Shown here: positions 25,052-34,777 of the stretch, piece after piece
Position numbering within the stretch: position 1 is the stretch's first letter
Layout: each line of letters starts with the position of its first letter
DNA from: Neoechinorhynchus agilis
Taxonomy: Eukaryota > Animalia > Acanthocephala
NCBI GenBank assembly: GCA_051530055.1
Contig: CM121341.1
Location: 8,162,784-8,226,783 of the forward strand
Length of the DNA: 64,000 nucleotides
Direction of reading: 5' to 3'
The notes under the pieces: generated by a model
What the model was told of the DNA's origin: nothing
What the model saw: only the letters and a program-made list of their open reading frames with translations
Databases searched by the model: none
Translations under genes and position numbers: made by a program

Positions 25052-26595
25052 AGACCTTCCTTTTGTCCATAGAGAATTTTATCACATGTCCTTGCCAGTT
25101 TATTTGCTTCTTTTCCTATTTCCAGTTCGCACTCAACATTCTTTGCAAGACGAGCCAACATTTCTTCCACTCCCAACCTTTCGTCTTTATTTTCACAATT
25201 GCTCAAGGCCAATACATCGTCTTTGCTTAAATTCATCAATGTATCCACAAGGCACAGTCCAACATCCAACAATACATCAGCGTATCTTGGACTATGACAA
25301 TGATTTGATATAAAATTCGCCAGTGGTCCAAGGCTAGCCAAATCACATCTTCCAGCTAAAGCTCTCTTCAGTAAACCGTGCTTCCACATTTCTCTCATCA
25401 AGGCCACAACATCTTCAGCGTTTGTGTTCGATCTGCTGTACTGCTCCAAAGCGAGATCAAGACTTTCAGCGAGACAATGCCGTTTAAATAGAATGAAATA
25501 TAATGGGTTCCGAATTGGCTCATGTGTTTTTGGGGTTCGTGTATTCGCTAACGAAGAAGCACCCTTTAATTTGGCAATGTTGTATCTGAGCGAAATTCTA
25601 CCATCCACACACCCAACGGCAAGAAGACCGGACTGGTAACGCATAGAAGCAATTGGCGACTTGAAAGCGAGAGAGTGAAGAACCGGACATTCGAGTGTCT
25701 TAAGATTATAGATTTTGACGTGTCCATCGAGCCCTCCAGCAAATGCAGTTTGAGCTAATTCGTCGGTCTGTACACTCATTACTGTTTTGTGGTGAGCTGT
25801 AAGGCGTGCCAATTTTGTTGAAGTGTTTCGGCAATCCCACACATCAACTCCGCACCCACTTCCGGCCAAAATGTAATTCTGACTTGAGAACACACTCATT
25901 ACTGGATCGTTGGAATAGAGTCGATCGATTACTTGATCAGATTTGAGATCTATAATCATTACCGATCGGTCTAATGAGCCCGTTATAAGTCTTGAAAAAT
26001 CAGAACTTAAATTCAATGATTGCACGATATCGTCATGTTTTGTAGAAAATACACGTCCTCGGTCTTTATCTTCTGTTAAATTAAATTTTATTACTTCACC
26101 GAGGTCATTTCCGGCAATCACATGATTTGTGGTAAGAGCAAACAAACATGATTTAAAGGTACTCCTTGATTTTGTCTTATTTTGTCCAAACAGTCGAAGA
26201 CAAGTTCCTGTGGCAGACCGAAATACTCGGACGTACCCGTCACTCGTTGCAACACAGATGAGTTGTTGCTCGCTTTCAATGTCTGATCGAAACTTTGCAC
26301 AGTTTATAGGCGGAGTGCCCATTTGTTTAAGACCTCTCAAGTGCAAAAGCTCATTTTGCCGCAATGAATTCATTCCGTACAAGTGGACCGAGTTCTGCAA
26401 ACCTGCCAAAATAGTGGATGATTCGAATTTAGGCGATATCGCGATATCCAACGATCCAAGAGCGTCATGCGATTTGTATATTTGAGAATGTTTGAACTGA
26501 TCTTCCCAAAATGGATCCTTTACAAGGCGGGCATAGTCGGAAATTAGCGATACGGGCCCCTTTGGACGTTGGATAAAATGATTTCGTTCGATCAT
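25048..26595 (-). CDS. UTP15: U3 snoRNP/SSU processome WD40 protein UTP15
   Basis: WD40 repeats (ITGSLDRSV, VDVWD, AHHKTVMSV, GGLDGHVKIY) followed by a UTP15 C-terminal-domain-like LKRALAGR...HSPRYADVLLDV. 515 aa, single ORF. Confidence 0.88.
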   Translation of the reverse strand: MIERNHFIQRPKGPVSLISDYARLVKDPFWEDQFKHSQIYKSHDALGSLDIAISPKFESSTILAGLQNSVHLYGMNSLRQNELLHLRGLKQMGTPPINCAKFRSDIESEQQLICVATSDGYVRVFRSATGTCLRLFGQNKTKSRSTFKSCLFALTTNHVIAGNDLGEVIKFNLTEDKDRGRVFSTKHDDIVQSLNLSSDFSRLITGSLDRSVMIIDLKSDQVIDRLYSNDPVMSVFSSQNYILAGSGCGVDVWDCRNTSTKLARLTAHHKTVMSVQTDELAQTAFAGGLDGHVKIYNLKTLECPVLHSLAFKSPIASMRYQSGLLAVGCVDGRISLRYNIAKLKGASSLANTRTPKTHEPIRNPLYFILFKRHCLAESLDLALEQYSRSNTNAEDVVALMREMWKHGLLKRALAGRCDLASLGPLANFISNHCHSPRYADVLLDVGLCLVDTLMNLSKDDVLALSNCENKDERLGVEEMLARLAKNVECELEIGKEANKLARTCDKILYGQKEGL

Positions 26596-27118
26596 TTTCT
26601 ACGTGTGTTTGCAATTCTGAAAAAAAGAGGAATACTTTATGAACAAAGTGAAAGGGCGAAGAAAAAAAGCTTCACATATTCAAATTTTAGAAAGTTCGTT
26701 GTTTCGTTACAATGAGCAGTCGGGATTAAATGGCAATCTCTTAAGAATTATTTTACTCGGTTTTTAGCGGGTTCCCTATGCTTTTTCGCAAGACGGCCGA
26801 ACCGAATTTTTATGAAGAAAAAACGAGAGTATTTTATTTCCTCTTCATAAAACATTTTTATCAAAAATATGGTTTTATTTACTTTAGAATTATTAAATTA
26901 AAAAATGACTGACTCTCTTTTAGGCTTTTTTTCGTCTCTTAAAAACATAATTTATTAAAATTTACAAGTTTTGGAAGATAATGTTTTGTGGATCCGCGGT
27001 TTTCCTCACGCTTTCTCAGCATTCCCTCGTTGTACTGCGAGGGAGAAGTTTATGGAATGCTGTCAGGATATAGAGAAGAAATAGAAGGACCCATGTACCT
27101 TTGGGTCCTCGTTTTGAA

Positions 27119-28436
27119 ATCTGATAAAGGATGGTTTTCTGGCACGAAGAAATTAAAAGATGAATTTATTTTAAAATCCAATATTTCGGCACAATTTTGT
27201 ACGCCTTTGTCAAGGTTTCTTGTACGTTTTCTATAATTTAAGCTCGGGTCCGAAATCAGTCGGATTTTAAAATCATCATTTTAATTTCTGCGCCAAAAAA
27301 CAACCCGTATGAACAGTTCAATCTTTAAACAGATTCTATTTAAAAAACAATAAGCATATGATCTTCATAAAGTCTAGAGGAAAATAAAACAACAGTAAAT
27401 GATGAACTATTGAAGCAATTTATACAAATCGCACAAAACATGAAGTAGAGAAGGATTTATGGAAAAAAACCTTAGCAACTACTCGCTCTCCTTCTTGAGC
27501 GAGGGATGTGCTTCTGGGACCCAGGAACTTCACTTTTTCAATTGAAAACAACATGAAATGGAAGGATCCAAGCATCTGATAAAGGATGGTTTTCTGGCAC
27601 GAAGAAATTAAAAGATGAATTTATTTTAAAATCCAATATTTCGGCACAATTTTGTACGCCTTTGTCAAGGTTTCTTGTACGTTTTCTATAATTTAAGCTC
27701 GGGTCCGAAATCAGTCGGATTTTAAAATCATCATTTTAATTTCTGCGCCAAAAAACAACCCGTATGAACAGTTCAATCTTTAAACAGATTCTATTTAAAA
27801 AACAATAAGCATATGATCTTCATAAAGTCTAGAGGAAAATAAAACAACAGTAAATGATGAACTATTGAAGCAATTTATACAAATCGCACAAAACATGAAG
27901 TAGAGAAGGATTTATGGAAAAAAACCTTAGCAACTACTCGCTCTCCTTCTTGAGCGAGGGATGTGCTTCTGGGACCCAGGAACTTCACTTTTTCAATTGA
28001 AAACAACATGAAATGGAAGGATCCAAGCATCTGATAAAGGATGGTTTTCTGGCACGAAGAAATTAAAAGATGAATTTATTTTAAAATCCAATATTTCGGC
28101 ACAATTTTGTACGCCTTTGTCAAGGTTTCTTGTACGTTTTCTATAATTTAAGCTCGGGTCCGAAATCAGACGGATTTTAAAATCATCATTTTAATTTCTG
28201 CGCCAAAAAACAACCCGTATGAACAGTTCAATCTTTAAACAGATTCTATTTAAAAAACAATAAACATATGATCTTCATAAAGTCTAGAGGAAAATAAAAC
28301 AACAGTAAATGATGAACTATTGAAGCAATTTATACAAATCGCACAAAACATGAAGTAGAGAAGGATTTACGGAAAAAAACCTTAGCAACTACTCGCTCTC
28401 CTTCTTGAGCGAGGGATGTGCTTTCTGGGACCCAGG
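27119..28436. repeat. Near-perfect tandem triplication, 455 bp unit (~2.9 copies)
   Basis: ATCTGATAAAGGATGGTTTTCTGGCACG at 27119, 27574 and 28029. Confidence 0.95.
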
Positions 28437-28722
28437 TCCAATAAAATCATAATTTCATTTATCTTCTCCTATCGACAAATAACAATGGATTATCTTTTCA
28501 AAATGAAATTAAGATTTTATTGGATATTTCGATCCACTATCTCGGCTCTTCTTCAGCGATTCAATTCACGCGGATCCGAGATAGTGGATCGAAATATCCA
28601 ATAAAATCATAATTTCATTTATCTTCTCCTATCGACAAATAACAATGGATTATCTTTTCAAAATGAAATTAAGATTTTATTGGATATTTCGATCCACTAT
28701 CTCGGCTCTTCTTCAGCGATTG
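28437..28722. repeat. 160 bp tandem duplication with a central inverted repeat; carries two partly degenerate minus-strand hammerhead cores
   Basis: TCCAATAAAATCATAATTTC at 28437 and 28597. TTTTATTGGATATTTCGATCCACTATCTCGG and its reverse complement flank 28546-28575. The minus strand reads CTGAAGA-A-GAGCC...GGATC-GAAA-TA-TC at ~28518-28560 and ~28678-28720. Confidence 0.75.
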
Positions 28723-29249
28723 CTTATAAGTTTTTAAATATTCGAGTTCTTCGTTCGAGTAACTTTTATGCCGCTTGAAGAGTTTTAAGCAATATTTCGC
28801 CACGATTAGCTAATCAACGCAATCATCGTCATTAACACACAACAAACGAAAGAAGTGACTGGAAACGAAATGCAGTTACGTAAGCAATGTTGGTGATTCA
28901 GAAATTAAAAAAAGGATTTGATGTTATCTTCTTGTGGTAAAAGAATTGGGGCCGTTCTCTTTGGAAATCCACGATAAACAGCTTAGCGAATGAAAACTAA
29001 AATCTAAAAATAGGACGTTCTGATTTCGAAATATTAAATAAGAACTTCCTGATTTAATCCACTGCGTGAGTTCTCATCAGCCTGGAGCTAGAAAAAGGTT
29101 TTTTTCTTTATTTTAGGTCTTGACGCTACGCTGCCAAACTTTTACTCCGTAGTCGGTCACTTGCCTTATTTTTTAGACACTTTTTTAATTGATAAAGAAA
29201 AATTTTCATGCACTCATAATTTTATCTTTAGACGACTGTTACAGCAATT

Positions 29250-30170
29250 TTAGTCCTCCAACATCTTAAGAAATTACTTCAAAATTCTTCCCCCTTAATC
29301 CCAAGCTGGGCTCTTCGCTGCGTCATTCCAAAACTCATAGGCCCTCTTCAAATCTCGCATTCTTCCACTTCTCAACGACGAATTCGCGCCTCTACAATTC
29401 GGCTTCTGATCCAAATTTTCTCCAACCGATGTCCTAATTTGCATTTATGGCAAGCTTTTAAGCAACTTCGAGAAGGATCCCTTCCACGTAAACTGTCTCA
29501 TTCAACTGGATTTGTTGAAAGCATTCAACTCCGTAGACCATTTACTCCTTCTCCGGGTCTGATCCGCTTCCTCAAATCTTATCTTCACAATCGCCAACAA
29601 TACATTCACTGCCTATCTACCTAATCGATGAATCTCAAGGTCCTGTTCTCTTACCATTTCTTTTTAATATTTTCCTAAACCACCTTAAACCGCGCTTCTC
29701 TCACCCTAAACTTTTCTTATATGTCGACGATCTCATCACTTTATCACCACCCCACCCTCTCCTTAACCTCTAACGAAATCACACACGTAAAAGATTTCTG
29801 CATCAAGTACACCTGAACTTCTATAAATGCTTCGAAATGATCCCCTAATTCCCCCACAACCCAATATCCTACAGCAATCTTCCAATAGAACTCGCACACA
29901 TCACTTTCCCTCAAACGCAAGTCGCTTAGCCCGGTCTCTCCAAAATTTATTTCATCTTGATTTTACCCTCCCTCACCCCCATCTTTTGCAACCTTTCCCA
30001 ACCACAAACCCGTCGCCTTGAAATGTTTCATAGAAGAGCTTCTAAAATTTGCACCGTTCATTTCCCCCTCACCGAATGCCCTTGTAAGATTTTTGTCAAT
30101 TTTTACCACATTTTATTTCCCTTTTCACATGAGCACAACACTTGCAATCCCACTTCCTTTAATCCTCCAT
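29250..30170 (+). mobile_element. Decayed CR1/L2-like LINE reverse transcriptase fragment
   Basis: Translation gives LQFGF*SKFSPTDVLICIYGKLL...DLLKAFNSVDH, then QGPVL..FLFNIF and YVDDL. Homologous to the minus-strand copy at 47.6-49.2 kb. Confidence 0.85.
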
Positions 30171-30174
30171 CGGT

Positions 30175-30600
30175 TGAAACGATAAGTCTCAAAAGTTCGC
30201 AGTTTTGTGGCTACAATGTACGACACGTTTACCGAGAATTTAGTCGTCTGCAAATGAGGGAGATATTAAACACGGCTGTCAACTATGCGGGTCAATTCTT
30301 TTTCTAAGTAGACACTGAGCTCAAGTGATAAAGTCGCCGCTGGCGGATAAATCTTCGAGAAGAAACGTAATTCCCGCGTATCTGACATTTGTAATAAATC
30401 CAGACCGCCTAGTGCGCATTAGTGTTGTTGCTCCTAGGTAGGCTTCCGACTTGGAGACGTTCAGTCGTAATCCTGCGGACGAAGCTTCGCACCATCGGCC
30501 TCTCGACCGAGTGCATGTACCTGATGTCCAAACCTGCGGTTCCTCTCGTACTTAGCAAGATTGCTATCACAACAACCAGCTCAACAGTAGGGTAAAACTA

Positions 30601-30635
<35 letters not shown>

Positions 30636-30681
30636 TCCTATTAATGGGTGAACAATCCAACGCTATGGGACTTTTGCATCC

Positions 30682-30719
<38 letters not shown>

Positions 30720-31175
30720 GACGTCGCTGTGGACGCTTGGCCGCCACAACCCAGTTATCCCTGTAGTTACTTTTCTGACACCTCTTGCTTAAAACTCGTA
30801 AAATTCAAAAGGATCGACAAGCCAAACTTTCATTGTCTTTATTCGTACTGAAAATCAGGATCAAGCAATCTTTTGCCCTTTCGCTCTATGCGAGGTTTCT
30901 GTCCACGCTGAGATTGCCTTAGGACACCTGTGTTAGGTTTTAACGGATGTACCGCCCCAGTCGAACTCCCAATCAGTCTGTGTTCTCAGACCAGACACTC
31001 CTTCGACACTAAAGAAAGGATTATATATCGCAATTAGCGAATTAACGCTACCTGATTCACTGAATAAGTAAAGAAACAATGATGGTAGTGGTATTTCACC
31101 GACGCTCATAATGTTTCTTCACAAAGAATGACTAGAGTCACGCTCCATAGGGTCTTCTTTCCCCGCTGTTACTCC

Positions 31176-31208
<33 letters not shown>

Positions 31209-31284
31209 GCTGCAGACAGAGACAGTAGGAATCTCAATAATCCATTCATGATCGTCACTAATTAGATTACGAGGCAATTGGCTA
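30175..31284 (-). rRNA. 28S rRNA: 3' portion of a 28S rRNA gene (from the R2 site to near the 3' end), probably a dispersed pseudogene
   Basis: Reverse complement of conserved LSU blocks: GTAGGGTAAAACTAACCTGTCT, GATAGGAAGAGCCGACATCGAAGGATCAAAAAG, GGGTCTTCTTTCCCCGCTG. There are substitutions in normally invariant positions near 31250-31280 and an apparent deletion at ~31107. No 5' 28S, 5.8S or 18S is nearby. Confidence 0.93.
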
Positions 31285-32450
31285 GGGCTGCAATTTATTA
31301 AGTAGATATCAAACACGTTACAGGTCATACAGTTTCCAGTTAACTTTCTCTTGTGCTGTTGTCAATATTTAGGTTCTTTCACCGAGATGTTTGCGCTATC
31401 GCTGTACGGAACCATATTTATTGCTCTCTTAGAGCCCTTCGTTTGCCAATAAATACACGATAGACCGCCAACGACTGTTCAGCCGCTGTTTTTGCCATGT
31501 TCAGCGCCGTTTTATTCCCTAAAGAGGGAAGCTTCAGGCGGCGGAGCATTGTGAGACCAATAGTGGCAACCTTATGTCGTTCAACTTTAAAGTGTGCAGT
31601 CACTACCGGAACAATTTGAGCGTACTTATCTTCCTTGCCTTTCATTACGGCTTTCCCTCGGTCTCTGCCAGTCTCATAGTAGACAGCAACGTCTGCTATG
31701 AGCACTGCCGGCTTCGTCATGAAATTGGTTCTGCTCCCAAACTTCAAATTTTACTTCAGGCCGCTTCGCCAACGTCCATATAAGGCGCGATTGCACCCTG
31801 ACATGGCGCCGGGTTCTTGTGGCTGAGGTCCACCCACATCTTAAGAATTGAACCAACCTCTAAGGGCTGAAGCCGAAGCTTTACATGTTCTACTAAGAGC
31901 TGTGCTGACCTTGTCTAGAAGCTTTACATGTTCTACTAAGAGCTGTGCTGACCTTGTCTATACCGAAACGATAAAAGACTTCGGTCAAGAAGCCCTCATG
32001 ACCAAGCCCTTGCGTCGTCGCATCTTTGTGTTTGAAATAATCTCCGTGGATTGACTTGACTCAGCTCGTGTTGGTCACTTAGCTTTTTGCGGTAGTCCGT
32101 TAGCGAACCTATCTCTTTGCGGAGATCAATGACATTTCTAAATTTATCCAAAACCGCTCTCAAAGCATTGAGCCGTTCGTGCTCTAGGCTTCTAAGATTC
32201 TAGACCACCTACCGAGAGCGGCAGATAAAACACGCCATCGCTGAGATTCCTCAGAAGCTTGAGGAGGTTCTTCAATTTATATCTCCACACCTTGTCGATA
32301 CGTCTCAGGTTCGTTGACGATATATCCCATGAGGCTCCGAGCTTAGCCAACAGGGACGGCATCTCGTAATCATTCAATAGGTGCGCTGCTTGTGTGGGCG
32401 ACACAAAGGCGCTATCAACAACTTCAAAAAGGTTCTCTTTGTACATTTAA
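31285..32450 (-). mobile_element. 5'-truncated, frameshifted R2-type (RLE) non-LTR retrotransposon
   Basis: RT-thumb-like LRRIDKVWRYKLK...DGVFYLPLSVGGL, then RRH.RV and RLE-like LIADVAVYYE...KEDKY. The 3' end abuts TAGCCAATTGCCTCG on the minus strand, the canonical AAGG^TAGCC R2 target. Internal 43 bp tandem duplication at ~31876-31960. Confidence 0.85.
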
Positions 32451-32690
32451 CTAATAAAATGCTTTATTATTATTTTATTGTTTTACTGTGAATTTAGATC
32501 CTGTGGCAACAAAAAGCGCTAAAATCTTTAAAGAGTTTTCGCTGATTGTTGTTTATCGATAGAAATGTTACGATGTTAACTATCACAAATGCCAAATTTC
32601 AAACTCTAAAGCTTATTCAAATTAATGGACAAACTATATTCCTGTGCAACTTAAGCACATCGAGAGGCACTAAATTATTTTGGACACATA

Positions 32691-33011
32691 TCATCCACGG
32701 TAGTTTTCATTTTGCAGAAGTCCCGGGTTATGCTTCAGTATTCTGAGCAACAATCCTGAGGTGTAATCTTCCATTAGCTTGATTCTCCTGTCCTTTTCTT
32801 GAAGTGTTTTCTGTAGAGAATCAATCATATTTAGAAGATAACGTTCCCTCTCGATTGCAACGTCGTTTTCAGCTTTTTCTGTGAAGGCCACGCGTTCAAT
32901 CACACTCATTTGTATGCTTTTATCGTCTTCCTCGCAAACTTCGATGTTTTCTTCAATCTTCGATTCGCATATCGCAGCAGATTTGCAGTAAAAACTACGA
33001 GCTGTAAGTCT
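32691..33011 (-). CDS. ORF or terminal exon encoding a Rab11-FIP-type Rab-binding domain (FIP-RBD)
   Basis: LQEKDRRIKLMEDYTSGLLLRILKHNPGLLQ resembles the FIP-RBD consensus (..RELEDYIDNLLVRVMEETPxIL). The frame is open from 33011 and the first ATG is at 32909. Confidence 0.65.
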   Translation of the reverse strand, partial: RLTARSFYCKSAAICESKIEENIEVCEEDDKSIQMSVIERVAFTEKAENDVAIERERYLLNMIDSLQKTLQEKDRRIKLMEDYTSGLLLRILKHNPGLLQNENYRG

Positions 33012-33213
33012 CTACCTTCGACCACAGACTTTTTAAAGCAAGTTTTCTTGCGATATATAATTAAAAACAATACTAGCAACTTTTGGTCCGCTCAAATTCG
33101 ATTCGGTGATTTATGTTTATCAACTAATGGATGTAAAGGTGCAAAGTTAGCAATGCATTTGGTATTATTAGCAGAAAAAAACAGTTTAAGAGCCGTAAAA
33201 TATCATAAAGTAT

Positions 33214-33497
33214 TTTATTCCAGATTTATTATCGAACGGAAAATGGGTGTTTTATTTGCTTATTGCTTCAAATTTTCGACGCCTTGCGTCTTCGTCAGGA
33301 AGCTTTTCTTCGGTTGTCTGAAAAGGAATCAGAGGAGGGCAACGCTGTCCGTCAGCTCATCCCTCTTATTGAGCATCCCCTAGACCTTTTCAGACAACCG
33401 AAGAAAAGCTTCCTGACGAAGACGCAAGGCGTCGAAAATTTGAAGCAATAAGCAAATAAAACACCCATTTTCCGTTCGATAATAAATCTGGAATAAA
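33214..33497. repeat. Perfect inverted repeat (113 bp arms 33214-33326 and 33385-33497, 58 nt spacer)
   Basis: The arms are exact reverse complements. Near-identical 19 nt direct repeats AATAT(C/T)ATAAAGTATTTTA flank the structure at 33199-33217 and 33529-33547. Confidence 0.95.
33408..33446 (+). ncRNA. Minimal type I hammerhead ribozyme motif (mirror copy on the minus strand at 33265-33303)
   Basis: GCTTC-CTGACGA-A-GACGC-AAG-GCGTC-GAAA-AT-TT-GAAGC: 5 bp stem I, conserved core, 5 bp stem II, palindromic AATT in place of stem III. Confidence 0.8.
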
Positions 33498-33625
33498 CAT
33501 GAGGGTGTTGGGAAAAGAGGCTTTCCATAATATTATAAAGTATTTTAAATAGGAAAATTTAATTAAACAGTGTCACTTGTTATCTTAGAGTCCAATTAAA
33601 CTGTTGAAAATAAAATCCATATATT

Positions 33626-33781
33626 TGAGATATGGGAATTTGAAGTAAAAATTAATTTATTGAATTGAATATTTCGATCCAAACTAGGATCTTCTTCAGA
33701 CAAATTGCTGAAGAAGATCCTAGTTTGGATCGAAATATTCAATTCAATAAATTAATTTTTACTTCAAATTCCCATATCTCA
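33626..33781. repeat. Perfect palindrome (74 bp arms, 8 nt loop) containing a minimal hammerhead at 33703-33744 (+)
   Basis: Arms are 33626-33699 and 33708-33781. The hammerhead reads AATTG-CTGAAGA-A-GATCC-TAGTTT-GGATC-GAAA-TA-TT-CAATT. 14 bp direct repeats TCCAATTAAACTGT lie at 33591 and 33782. Confidence 0.85.
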
Positions 33782-34111
33782 TCCAATTAAACTGTCCAAT
33801 AAACTGCCCTTTCAAATAACTAAAAATGAAACCATTCAAATACTCGGATAAATATAGATTAATTCGCTATTACCCTTATAGATTCAAGCGATAGGTTGGC
33901 ATTTGGAATGCCAAAAGTTTCTTACATTTACTAGATTGATGAGAGTCGGCGACCGAATTTTCATCGATTCTCCTAAAAGCTTACATTGTTTAGTTTTTTA
34001 AGATCAAAATATAAAAAAAACTAATTAAAGTTAAGATTTTTCTAAAATGAGCGATTGACCGGACGACAAGGTTTGTCGACTACCATTCATAAATGCGGTC
34101 AATTTATCCGG

Positions 34112-34777
34112 CTAACGACGACTGCAAAACTGCTGACAAACAAGGCATCCTCGTTTCAAGGCTTCACAGTCTATTTCCGAGAGATCAAAAGATTGAGTGC
34201 TTACTTCGTCAAGCTCAAAATGTCTCTCTATACGTGGCACCACAGGATCTTTGAAAGGTTTGCGGCTGAACGAATTTCGGATCATATCGTATTGATCATC
34301 GTCATCATCTTGTTCAATAGTATCATCCTCCTCACTCATCTTATCGTCTGTTATACTATCGCTATGGATATCCTTTTCCATTTTGGCGGTCTTCTCCTGA
34401 CTAAATACATCTTTTTCATCATAATCCATTTCCTTTGGATCCTCAGCCTTGACTTTCTTTTCTTCGTAGTTGCACAAAAAGTCGTCGACTATTATGTGCT
34501 TGTCATTATGAATGTTAAGGAGAGATATCACATGCAAACCGTTGACTTCTTTTTGGTTGTGATATTCTGTAAAGTCCCAGCTTTCTCGTAGTGCGGACAA
34601 ACTCAATTTTATCTTATAGAAACATATGACTTTGATATAAAAGATATCGCTTACCTCCTTCATAGGTGAAACCGAGTAAGTGTTCGCATTTACGGTAACT
34701 TTTTCTGCATGTGAGTTTGAAGGACGTGATACCGAGTTCGTTATTAACTCTAAGTCTTTGATTAGTGGCATGCTCAT
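34112..34777 (-). CDS. Hypothetical acidic protein (possible 42 nt GTAAGC...TATAAG intron; structure uncertain)
   Basis: 221 codons open in AT-rich DNA, with an Asp/Glu-rich tract and a C-terminal CLVCQQFC. No family recognised. Confidence 0.4.
   Translation of the reverse strand: MSMPLIKDLELITNSVSRPSNSHAEKVTVNANTYSVSPMKEVSDIFYIKVICFYKIKLSLSALRESWDFTEYHNQKEVNGLHVISLLNIHNDKHIIVDDFLCNYEEKKVKAEDPKEMDYDEKDVFSQEKTAKMEKDIHSDSITDDKMSEEDDTIEQDDDDDQYDMIRNSFSRKPFKDPVVPRIERHFELDEVSTQSFDLSEIDCEALKRGCLVCQQFCSRR

Noticed and set aside
29020-29085. Minus-strand CTGATGA followed by a GAACT/AGTTC stem
   Set aside because: GAAA is not adjacent to stem II and no stem I forms, so it is not a valid hammerhead.
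30175-31284. Functional rDNA unit
   Set aside because: Only the 3' part of 28S is present, with lesions in conserved positions, and it is flanked by retroelement fragments.
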